Origin: Candidatus Zipacnadia bacterium
GTDB lineage: Bacteria > Armatimonadota > Zipacnadia > Zipacnadales > JABUFB01
Assembly: GCA_029821745.1 (NCBI GenBank)
Contig: JALGSS010000005.1
Span: forward strand, 1 to 60,564
DNA: 60,564 nucleotides
Direction: 5' to 3'
Numbering within the stretch: position 1 is the stretch's first letter; the number at the start of each line of letters is the position of its first letter. Shown here piece after piece: positions 28,268 to 37,163 of the stretch. Position numbers and translations under genes: made by a program. Below the pieces are notes generated by a model. The model worked only from the letters and a program-made list of their open reading frames with translations, ran no database searches and had not been told where the DNA came from.

Positions 28268-30302
28268 CACGCTCGACGATCTCGCTGCAAGAGCATTCGA
28301 GGGGTACATCGTGCGTAAGGACCTCGTGCGCGCCTTCCAGGGCCGCTACCCGGTCCCCACTTATGTTGGCGAGTTCCTCCTGGGTCGCTACTGCGCCACG
28401 ACCGATCAGGACGAGATCGAGGAAGGCATCAGCGTAGTCGAGCGCCAGCTCAGCGAAAGGGCTGTCCGCGCGGGCGAGGAGGAGCTCTTCAAGGCTCGCG
28501 CTCGGGAGGAAGGGGCGGTCAGGATCATCGACCTCCTCACCGCGCGCCTGGACGCACGCAACAACGTCTATGTTGCCACCCTTCCCAGTCTGCAGCTGAA
28601 GGACGTGCGCATCGAGCCGGGCCTGGTCCGTGAGAATGACCGGATGCTTACCGGCGGCTTTTACGCTGAGGTGGAACTCGAATACGACCCCGAGATTGCC
28701 AAGGAGGCGTCCGGCAGACCGTTCGGAGTGCGCAGCCTTCGGCCAATCCAGTTGTCCAAGCGCGACGTTATCGGTGACTACATTCGCGGGCGCCAGCTCT
28801 TCACGGCGGAGGAGTGGCGGAAGCTCCTCATCCGGAGCATCGGCCTCGAGCCCGACGCTCTCGAGCCAAGGGCGCAGGATGTGGCACTACTGCGCCTGGT
28901 GCCCTTCGTAGAGCGCAACTACAACGTTGTCGAACTGGGACCCAGGGGAACGGGGAAATCGCACGTCTACCAGCAGATTTCGCCATACTCCCACCTCGTA
29001 TCCGGTGGGAAAGCCACTGTGGCCCGAATGTTCGTCAACAACGCGAGTGGCCAGCGTGGCTTGGTCTGCCAGTATGACGTCGTCTGCTTTGACGAAATCG
29101 CCGGTGTGTCCTTCGACCAGAAGGACGGCGTCAACATCATGAAGGGCTACATGGAGTCTGGCGAGTTCAGCCGCGGGCGCGAGAGCATCCGGGCAGACGG
29201 TTGCATCGTCATGCTTGGCAACTTCGACGTGGACGTCGAGCACCAGCAGCGCATAGGCCATCTCTTTGGGCCACTGCCGCCCGAGATGCGTCACGACACC
29301 GCCTTCATGGACCGCATCCACGCCTACCTGCCGGGCTGGGACATGCCGAAGACCGCAAAGGAGTTGTATACCGACCACTTTGGTCTGGTGAGCGATTTCA
29401 TCTCAGAATGCTGGGAGCGCCTACGGGCGCAGAGCAGGGCCTCCGTGCTCCAGGGGCGTGTGCACTTCGGAGGCGCACTAAGCGGACGAGATGCTGGTGC
29501 GGTGACCAAGACCATCAGCGGACTGCTGAAGCTCATTTATCCTGACCCGGAGATGGCGGTACCTGACGAAGACCTCGAATGGGCAACCCGTCTCGCACTT
29601 GAGTGTCGGCGACGCGTCAAGGAACAGCAGAAGCGAATCGGCTCAGTGGAGTTCCGCAACACTCAGTTCAGCTACCAGCTCGGGGATGAAGACGTAGAGA
29701 AGTTCGTTGTTACGCCCGAGCTGCAGAGCGAAGACCACATCGGCGCCGACCCGCTGCCGCCGGGGCAGGTTTGGGGCATTAGCCCCGGAGGACTTGACGA
29801 GAACCCAGGGCTCTACCGTATAGACGTGAACGAAGGACCAGGCTCAGGCGTGAAGCTTCTCAACAGGCCCGCGCCGCCGGCATTCGTTGAGAGCTTGAAA
29901 TACGCTGAGCAGAACCTGTACGCAAGGTCCGACGAACTCGTCGGGGATCGGGAGCCAAGGGCGCACGAGTTCTCGGTCCAGCTGAGGGCATTCGATGCGT
30001 CGCAAAGCGGCGACGGGCTCGGGATGCCCTCCCTGATGGCGCTATGCACTGCCCTCCTGCAGCGAAGCCTGAAGGGCGGGCTGGTAGTCGTTGGCGGCCT
30101 CAACCTGGGAGGCACTGTTGATACGGTCCACAACCCGGTATCTCTCGCGGAGTTGGCAGTGGAGAGGGGAGCCGCGGCGCTCCTGATGCCCGTGTCTGCC
30201 CGCAAGCAGCTCTTCGACCTGTCCGACGACATGGCCACGAAGATTGACATCCAGTTCTACGCCGATTCCAGAGAGGCGCTGCTGAAGGCGCTGCTGGACT
30301 GA
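28257..30302 (+). CDS. brxL: BREX Lon-like protease/ATPase BrxL
   Basis: The protein begins MELDTLDDLAARAFEGYIVRKDLV. The AAA+ Walker A is ELGPRGTGKSHVY. The C-terminal Lon-protease-like domain reads GMPSLMALCTALLQRSLKGGLVVVGGLNLGGTV. Confidence 0.9.
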   Translation: MELDTLDDLAARAFEGYIVRKDLVRAFQGRYPVPTYVGEFLLGRYCATTDQDEIEEGISVVERQLSERAVRAGEEELFKARAREEGAVRIIDLLTARLDARNNVYVATLPSLQLKDVRIEPGLVRENDRMLTGGFYAEVELEYDPEIAKEASGRPFGVRSLRPIQLSKRDVIGDYIRGRQLFTAEEWRKLLIRSIGLEPDALEPRAQDVALLRLVPFVERNYNVVELGPRGTGKSHVYQQISPYSHLVSGGKATVARMFVNNASGQRGLVCQYDVVCFDEIAGVSFDQKDGVNIMKGYMESGEFSRGRESIRADGCIVMLGNFDVDVEHQQRIGHLFGPLPPEMRHDTAFMDRIHAYLPGWDMPKTAKELYTDHFGLVSDFISECWERLRAQSRASVLQGRVHFGGALSGRDAGAVTKTISGLLKLIYPDPEMAVPDEDLEWATRLALECRRRVKEQQKRIGSVEFRNTQFSYQLGDEDVEKFVVTPELQSEDHIGADPLPPGQVWGISPGGLDENPGLYRIDVNEGPGSGVKLLNRPAPPAFVESLKYAEQNLYARSDELVGDREPRAHEFSVQLRAFDASQSGDGLGMPSLMALCTALLQRSLKGGLVVVGGLNLGGTVDTVHNPVSLAELAVERGAAALLMPVSARKQLFDLSDDMATKIDIQFYADSREALLKALLD

Positions 30303-30706
30303 TCGATCCGAGCGCCGTTCGGGCCTCAGGCGACAAGCCCCGACCTGACGAGATACGCCTTTCGGGTGCGATCAGGGAAGTGCTCGTCCTCGCGGGCAAA
30401 CTCCGGCAGGTCTTCGGGGGATCAGCGGTCATACACAAGAACGAAGTCGATGGGAGCAACCGGGCGGCAACTAAGATGCTGACAACGTTCGCGTCTATCT
30501 GAACACGGGAGTGGACGCGACCACGCGCCGCGACGCTCAGGGGGGCACTTCTGGGTCCGTGGACCGTGCTCCCGGCGGGCTGCTGGCGACGGCGGAAGGC
30601 ACGCCACGACAGGGCGCCCGGGCAGCCGTCCAGAGATGGCATAGAGACCTGTCACTCACTAAGCGACGGTCTCGGACGCGATGGCGGGCGAACGCACGCA
30701 CACAGT

Positions 30707-30818
30707 GCCCATTGCTGATGCACTTTTCTCGATTATCCTGTGAGTTTCATGTATAGACCGGCTTGGGAGGGTCCATGCCCCACCGGCCTATTCGGAAGGG
30801 CTACTGCACAGGATAATC
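30707..30818 (+). other. Conserved promoter-like / long inverted-repeat element, copy 1
   Basis: TTGCTG (30712-30717), a 16-nt spacer, then TATCCT (30734-30739). The 12-nt arms GATTATCCTGTG (30731-30742) and CACAGGATAATC (30807-30818) are separated by 64 nt. That spacer contains an internal GACC...GGTC hairpin. Confidence 0.5.
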
Positions 30819-31130
30819 TCCCGTTTCCTCGATTCTGCGCGTTGGCCCGGCCTTTGCCCGGCAAAGACTGCGGGCAGGCCTGTCCACGGGGAGATCCCAG
30901 AGCACGAGTCATCGGCCTCAACCCACTCGGGTGAAGGCGTTCATATCCGCCGACGCCTCGAACAGCGCACGGGCAGGAGTGCGCGCGGAGATGGGCTGAC
31001 GAGATGAGTTCCGTCGCCCAGGGGAGCAGAATGATGTTGGGGCGAGTAAACCGGGAACGAGCCGGAGTGGTTGAGCTGGCGACGCTGACGGCTTCCCGTT
31101 GCCACCCCACGGCCAGCTGAGCCTGAAGGC

Positions 31131-31262
31131 AATTCCATGACCGAAGCACATGCAAGGACACCCCATGATGGTCTCGGTTTGAGGGACACCCCATGACGGT
31201 TCGGGGCGAAGGATACCCCATGACGGTTATCGTTTGAGGATTACCCCATGACAGTTAACCGT
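31131..31262 (+). repeat. ~28-nt periodic array, 4-5 units, core CCCCATGA(C/T)GG
   Basis: Cores start at 31161, 31189, 31216 and 31244 (spacing 28, 27, 28), plus a degenerate TTCCATGACCG at about 31133. The linkers contain GAGGGA, AAGGA and GAGGA. Confidence 0.8.
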
Positions 31263-31420
31263 GATTCCCGCCCCCGTTCGCCTGGTCACGCCCGTCAATC
31301 TGCCGCGATCAGTGCCTCTATCGACGCCCTCACCACCGGCGGCACTGCCGCCAAGACCTACTCGGCAACGGGCCATGCGTCAGCGGCTGCGCCTTCGGCC
31401 GGTTCGTCCGGGCTCACCGC

Positions 31421-31879
31421 CTATGATCCCTCGACCACGTCGCTGTCCGTGACGTGCGTTGCGCATGTATGCCGTAGTGTGTGGAGTGTCACGTGCGCCG
31501 TGATGTTCGCGCGTTCGGTCAGACGGGTAAGCAGTTGGCGGACATATTCAGCACTGGTCTGCCTGCCCGGTTGCGGGTCCACAAGCTCAGTGCCCTTGCC
31601 GAAGCCGGCCTGCGCCCGCACGGGGGCGTGGCCCCTGGTCTGAACCCCGGACCTTGGTCCGCTCATGGTGGGAGTGGATTGAGGCGCAAAGTGGTTGAGG
31701 GCGGACCGATATCGACGCGGCGGCAGCGCGGAACCGGACACCTGGTCAGGTAGCGGCCTCGAGCTCCCGGCACTCCTCCGTGCCCATCCAGTTGCGTACT
31801 TGGCCCAACTGCGAGAGCCAAGCTTTGGCGACTTCGTTGCGGGGGATGGAGCCGATCGTGCGTGTTGACGTGTGGGCAC
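31421..31879 (-). pseudogene. Decayed tyrosine recombinase fragment (unit 1)
   Basis: The translation retains GRQTSAEYVRQLLTRLTERANITAHVTLHTLRHTCATH (the HxxR box), but the region that should hold the C-terminal His/Tyr is deleted and the N-terminal part is degenerate. It is homologous at nucleotide level to 32773-33470. Confidence 0.6.
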
Positions 31880-31890
31880 ACGCAGACAAT

Positions 31891-32002
31891 GCCCATTGCT
31901 GATGCACTTTTCTCAATTATCCTGTGAGTTTCATGGATGGACCGGTTCAGGAGGGTCCATGCCCCGCCGCTACCTTGAGGCGGGCTCTCACACAGGATAA
32001 TC
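31891..32002 (+). other. Conserved promoter-like / long inverted-repeat element, copy 2
   Basis: TTGCTG (31896-31901), a 16-nt spacer, then TATCCT (31918-31923). The arms ATTATCCTGTG (31916-31926) and CACAGGATAAT (31991-32001) are again separated by 64 nt. The internal hairpins are GGACC..GGTCC and CCCGCC..GGCGGG. Confidence 0.5.
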
Positions 32003-32303
32003 TCCAGTTCCCTGAACCTGGCGTGTGGGTCCGCATCGCTCGGCAAGTCCAGAGCACGAGCCCAGCGGCCCCAACCGAGCACTCCTCGGACCCGGGTGGA
32101 GGCTCTCCTGTTCGTTGCCCCATGTGACAGGGCGCACGGGAGGGCCAGCGGGGATGGGCTGACGAGATGAGCTGCGTCAGCGAGGGGAGCAGAGCGATGT
32201 CAGGGCGAGTGAGTAGACGGGAGACGAGGCGCTCGGTGGGATGTTTGAGCTGGCGACGCTGGGCACTGTTTGTTGCCTCGCCACTGCCAGCTGAGCCCGA
32301 AGG

Positions 32304-32745
32304 TCATCCCATGACAGAGACGCAGAGAAGGATATCCCGTGACGGTCATCTTCAGAAGGACACCCCATGAAGGCTATCGATAGAAGGATACCCCGTGACG
32401 GTCATCTTCAGAAGGACGCCCCATGACGGCTATCGTTTGAGGATTACCCCATGACGGTCGTCTTCAGAACGAGACCCCATGACGGTTACCGTTTTCCGAG
32501 ACCCCATGACGGTTAACCGTGATTTCTGCCCCCCCAATCATGGAGGAATTGCTGAACGTAACCCCATGACGGTTAACCGTGATTTCCGCCCCCAATCATG
32601 GAGGAATTGCTGAACGTAACCCCATGACGGTTGCCGTTTTCCGTAACCCCATGACGGTTAACCGTGATTTCTGCCCCCAATCATGGTGGAATTGCTGAAG
32701 GTAACCCCATGACAGAAGCATCTGAAGGTAACCCCATGACAGAAG
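32304..32745 (+). repeat. ~28-nt periodic array, 13 units, core CCC(C)(A/G)TGAC(G/A)G, with a 58-60-nt higher-order repeat at its right end
   Basis: Cores start at 32308, 32335, 32363, 32391, 32419, 32447, 32475, 32502, 32562, 32620, 32647, 32705 and 32732. There are three copies of ACCCCATGACGGTTAACCGTGATTTC(T/C)GCCCCC(CC)AATCATGG(A/T)GGAATTGCTGAA(C/G)GTA. Confidence 0.85.
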
Positions 32746-32772
32746 CCGATACAACGACACCCTCCCGGGCGG

Positions 32773-33470
32773 TCACGGTCGCCGATCTCCTGCGCCGGCG
32801 GTCAGCGCCGCCAGTGCCTCGCGCACGGTTGGCGGCAGTGCTGCCAGAACCTCCTCGGCAACGGCCCGCGCGTCGGCCGCTGCGCCCTCTAACGGTTCGT
32901 CCGGGCGCAGTGCCCGGACTGCCTCGGCCACGTCGTTACCCGTGAGGTGCGAATACACCCTCGCGGTCGTGGTGACGTCGGAGTGCCGCAGGGCCTGTTG
33001 CACGAGCTTCAGGTTCCCGGTGGCACGCAGCAGATGTGTCGCGAAGGTGTGGCGCAAAGTGTGAGGTGTCACGTGCGCCGTGATGTTCGCACGCTCAGTC
33101 AGACGGGTAAGCCCCGCTGCCCTGTGGAGATCGTGCAGAATATGGGGCCGGCAGCGATTCCGAGCTTCCCGCGCGCGGCAAGCCATCGCGCCAATCGCGA
33201 AGCAGTTCGCCGGCCAACCGCGAGGTCCGCAGCCTTGCCGCCCTTGCCGTTGCGCACCTTGACGGCCATGATTTGCCCGGCCTCCGTCACCAGATCGCGC
33301 GTCTCAAGCGCCAGGGCCTCGCCGACACGCAGGCCCGCGTCGGCCATGAGTGTCAGCAGCGCCAAGTTGCGCTTTCCGGTCGGGCTTCGGGTTTCTATCG
33401 CGTCAAGCAGCGCATCAAGCTCCTCCACCGTGAGTGCTTCCTGCGCACGTGTGCCCCCGTTCTTGGCCAT
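32773..33470 (-). pseudogene. Short tyrosine recombinase (catalytic domain only), disrupted by a deletion/frameshift near 33125-33140
   Basis: ORF 33099..33470 (MAKNGG...LRVGEALAL...NGKGGK...PIFCTISTGQRGLPV*) continues in another frame as ORF 32773..33186 (...LTRLTERANITAHVTPHTLRHTFATHLL...LRHSDVTTTARVYSHL). All R-K-HxxR-H-Y elements are present, but about 22 nt are missing relative to the unit 1 copy (TSAEYVRQL region). Confidence 0.7.
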
Positions 33471-34202
33471 TCCTCCATCTCCCTGCGTTTACTTCCGCTA
33501 ATCTTGTATTTGCAGAAGTATATCACACACAAGAGCGCTGTGGAAGGATTTTCAGAAGTAATAACGCAAGCCAGTGGATTGTGGTGAGACACCGATCCAT
33601 GGTGCCGAGAGGGGCGTCCCGCCACTGTCAGGCGTGGCTTCTGGCGTTGCACGTGGAAACGGGCGCTGTCGCCAGAACCCGCGCGCTGATGCCGTTGCGT
33701 ATGCGTCTCACCAGATGCTTGCTTCTGTGCCAGCAAGCCACAAACGTTGGGTTCGCGCATACGCTACGCGCAGAGCGGGGCAGCGATATGTGCACATTGA
33801 TCACGGGTATTCGGCGGGGCAACGGGGGTGGCGGCAAGGCGGTAGCTCGCCGCCGCCGTTCGCCACGCTGTCGCACGGTGCGTGCAGCCGATCCGGCACG
33901 TGCCCGACGACTGCCTCCGTCCAGTTCGCCCCTCGACCGACGCCAGCCCTGCCTCTGCTGGCCCAAAGTGTATGCTGTCTCCGTCGCAGCCGTCCCATCC
34001 GTTGATACGCCCGGCAAGGGCAGAGCCCGTCGGCGCTCGCCTTGGGCAGTGCCCCCAATGGCCACAACGACCGGCTCCCACGCCGTTGCCAAGTCACATC
34101 ATCTCCGAGACGGCCTCGTTCACAGCCCGACGTCAGCCAATCCAGCCTGTCGTCGTGCGCGACAGGTCAAGGCACAATTCCGTCCGCAGGAGAGGGATTC
34201 TG

Positions 34203-36414
34203 ATGCCCTACCTGGCTCACTCCCCCAGCTCCGCGCAACACGAAGACCCAGTCGCAGCGCATTTGTCTGACGTCGCACGCACTGCGGCCGAACACGCCGC
34301 AGCGTTCGGCGGTTCTGAGGAAGCCCGCCTCGCTGGTCTGCTACATGATCTCGGCAAGTATGGTGACCTCTTCCAGAGGCGCCTGCAGGGCCTGGAGCAC
34401 GGCGTCGACCACTGGTCGGCGGGTGCGTGGGCAACGGTCAGTCTCTACCAGCAGTCAGGAATCGCCGCTGCGCTCGCGATCCAGGGGCATCACGTCGGCC
34501 TGCAGCAGGCGACGGAGAGCGACCTCAAGGACCTGTGCCCGGCGCGCCTTGAGGGCAACCACCCTCAGAACCTCCGCCTCTCGGAGCCGGACACTGAGCG
34601 GCTTCTCGGTCTACTGGCCGGCGATGGCCTGGTCCTGCCAGACCAGCCGGTTGAGAGCCTCTATAGTGGCCTGTATGGCCCTTCGGCCTCCGCAATGCTG
34701 GACGTCCGAATGTTGTTCTCCACGCTGGTGGACGCTGACTTCACGGAGACGGAGGCGCATTTCCAGGCGACGGGTCCTGATGAGAAGTCTTACCGACCGT
34801 GTGGGCCAGCACTTGAGCCCGAGCGCATGCTGGCAGCCCTGCGAGGGCATATCGATGACCTGGCGGCGAGTTCGCGGGCAACGCTGCACGTGAACAGATT
34901 GCGTGATGACCTGCTGAACGCCTGTCTGGACGCCGGCGCCCGACCGCAGGGGCTATTCACGCTCACCGCGCCAACCGGGGCCGGTAAGACCTTCAGCATG
35001 CTGGCCTTCGCGCTCAAGCACGCCCTGGCCCACAACCTGCGCCGGATTGTCATGGTCATCCCATACCTGAGCATCATCGAGCAGACGGCGGCGGCGTATC
35101 AGGAGGCGCTCGCCTCCGTGGTTCCGGAGGGCAGAATGAGCGAGACGATACTCGAGGACCACAGCATGGCCGGCGGTGGCGGCGATGCTGTCGACAGTGA
35201 CGATCAGCAGAAGGACCACAGCCGCTTGCTCGCCGAGAACTGGGATGCGCCCATCATCGTGACCACGAGTGTCCAGTTCCTCGAGTCGCTCTTTGCCAAC
35301 CGCCCGGGCAGATGCCGGAAGCTGCATCGCCTGGCCAACAGCGTGATCCTGTTCGACGAGGTGCAGACACTGTCCACGTCTACCTGTCTGAACGCTACGG
35401 GGCCAGCGTCGTCTTCTCCACCGCGACCCAGCCGGCGTTTGCGCATCTGGACAAAGCGGTCAAGCAGTTCTGCGTGGGGGGCTGGGCGCCCGAGGAGATC
35501 GTGCCTGCCAGTCTCGACCTGTTCGATCGAGGCAAGCGCACTCGGGTTGACTGGTCGGCGATCGATGAGCCTGTGTCGTGGCCGGACCTGTCCGAGCAGC
35601 TTGGGGGCGAGCGGCAGGGCCTGTGCATAGTCAATCTCAAACGCGCTGGCACTGTTCCATGAACTGGCAGCACGCGATGTTGAGGGTCTCCTGCATCTGT
35701 CAACGAGCATGTGCCCGGCGCATCGACGCAGTGTCCTCGATGAGGTGCGCGAGCGTCTGGACGTGGGCGATCCCTGTCTGCTGGTGGCGACGCAGTGCGT
35801 TGAGGCCGGCGTGGACCTGGACTTCCCGGTGGTGTATCGCGCTTTGGGTCCGCTGGACTCGATTGCCCAGGCGGCCGGGAGGTGCAACCGCAACGGGCAT
35901 GCGAAGATCGGTGAGGTGCACGTGTTCAGACCCGAAGATGATCGACGTCCCTACCCCGGAGCGGGGAAGTGAGCATATGGACATCAATGATCCCGGGCTA
36001 TTCGACGACTACTTCCGAGAGTTGTATGACGTCAAGGGCGTGGCGAACGCGGAGGACGAACTGATCAAGGCCATGGACCTGCAGCACTTCGCGGAAGTCG
36101 CTCGGTTGTACCGCGTGATCGAGCGGGGAGCGGTGAACGTGCTGGTGCCCTACTGCCCCGACACGTTCAACGCGCTGGCAGACAAGGTGAGGGAGAGCGG
36201 TCTGACGCGCAAGTGGATACAGAAGGCGCGTGCGCACACTGTCGGACTGTTCGTACCACGCGCGGACGATCCCGTGGCCGACCTCATGGAGGCAGTGCCC
36301 GTCCGGGGCGGCCGTGGGCAATCAGACGACTGGTTCATCTACTTGGGGGAGGGAGACTACAAGACTGGTGTGGGGCTGGTCACTCCAGACAAACTGTCAC
36401 TGTTGATCGGTTGA
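34203..36414 (+). pseudogene. cas3: Type I-C cas3 (HD nuclease + SF2 helicase) with at least three reading-frame changes
   Basis: The HD region is LAGLLHDLGKYGDLFQ. The helicase has motif I LTAPTGAGKT and motif II VILFDEVQTL in the frame of 34203. The sequence then continues in other frames: YLSERYGASVVFSTATQP (35312 frame), [30 protein letters not shown]...[30 protein letters not shown] (35631-35972), and DINDPGLFDDYFRELYD to the stop at 36414. Frame switches occur near 35365-35380, 35628-35645 and 35950-35990. Confidence 0.8.
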
Positions 36415-36437
36415 GGAGCTCACAGAATGGAGGAGAC

Positions 36438-37163
36438 ATGAAGGAGAAGGACCAGGTGCTGGATGTATGGGGCGAGTTGGCGTGCTTCACTCGCCCCGAG
36501 ATGAAGGTTGAGCGGTTCAGCTATCCTGTCATCACTCCCTCCGCAGCGCGGGGGATCTATGACGCGATCTACTGCAAGCCTAACCGCGACGCCACGCAGG
36601 CGCAGTTCCGCTGGCAGATCACCAGGATTGAGGTGCTCAAAGAACCCAGCTACATTGCTCTGCGCCGCAACGAGGTGAAGGCGAAGACCAGCGTCGCCAA
36701 CGTGAAACAATGGATGAGCGGCAAGAAGGAGATCGAGCCCCTGCGGGCTGACGAGGAGCGGACTCAGCGCCAGACAATGGCGCTGAAGAACGTTCGCTAC
36801 CGGCTGCACGCGCGGGTGCACGCATGGCCGGGCATGGAGGACCGCCTGCAGAGCTTCGAGGCGCAGTTCCGCCGGCGCGCGGCCCATGGCAAGTGCATCT
36901 ACCAGCCTTACTTTGGGTGCCGCGAGTTCCCCGCATACTTCGAACTGGTGGAGCCGGACGCAGCGCCCGTCCAGCCGGTGGGATGGGATCAGGACATAGG
37001 GCTGATGCTCTACGATGTATTCGACCTTTCGCAGCCGGGCACATCCGCCAGTGAGCCGCACATCAGTCTGTTCGAGGCGCGGGTGCAGGCAGGCGTGCTG
37101 GACGTGCCTGACTACGCGAGCGAGAGCGTCCTCAAAGTGAGTGGAGGTGAGAGTGGGTGCTGA
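36438..37163 (+). CDS. cas5: Cas5c (Cas5d) endoribonuclease subunit
   Basis: MKEKDQVLDVWGELACFTRPEMKVERFSYPVITPSAARGIYDAIYCKP is the classic Cas5d N-terminus. Confidence 0.9.
   Translation: MKEKDQVLDVWGELACFTRPEMKVERFSYPVITPSAARGIYDAIYCKPNRDATQAQFRWQITRIEVLKEPSYIALRRNEVKAKTSVANVKQWMSGKKEIEPLRADEERTQRQTMALKNVRYRLHARVHAWPGMEDRLQSFEAQFRRRAAHGKCIYQPYFGCREFPAYFELVEPDAAPVQPVGWDQDIGLMLYDVFDLSQPGTSASEPHISLFEARVQAGVLDVPDYASESVLKVSGGESGC

Larger units (their letters stand above)
30700..33470. mobile_element. Two tandem remnants (~1.2 kb period) of a short tyrosine-recombinase module
   Basis: Unit 1 is about 30700-31880 and unit 2 about 31885-33470. They share, in the same order, GCCCATTGCTGATGCACTTTTCTC-ATTATCCTGTGAG..., CCAGAGCACGAG, GGATGGGCTGACGAGATGAG, TTGAGCTGGCGACGCTG...GCCAGCTGAGCC, a CCCCATGAC array, and a recombinase remnant on the minus strand. 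Confidence 0.6.

Noticed and set aside
30303-30700. Possible gene remnant after brxL (minus-strand peptide ...PEDLPEFAREDEHFPDRTRKAYLVRSGLVA* and ORF 30422..30655)
   Set aside because: There is no start codon in frame, no recognisable family and a broken frame. This is insufficient evidence for a feature.
31615-31631. 17-nt identity (CCCGCACGGGGGCGTGG) to the core of the CRISPR repeat, 10 kb upstream of the array
   Set aside because: It has no ATTGAAAC handle, no second repeat nearby and no spacer-like periodicity. It lies inside the decayed recombinase frame (GHAPVRAQ). I treat it as a chance or relic match, though a 17-mer match is statistically unusual.
30740-32127. Small plus-strand ORFs 30740..30934 and 31924..32127 sharing MSFM..P..EGPCP...QDNL.FP
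   Set aside because: Similarity ends where the nucleotide-conserved inverted-repeat element ends, and the remainders are unrelated. Conservation is better explained by the DNA/RNA element than by a protein.
32304-32745. Reading the 28-nt periodic array as a second CRISPR array
   Set aside because: The conserved part is only ~11-13 nt and the variable part ~15 nt, far below CRISPR repeat and spacer sizes. The linkers are themselves related to each other.
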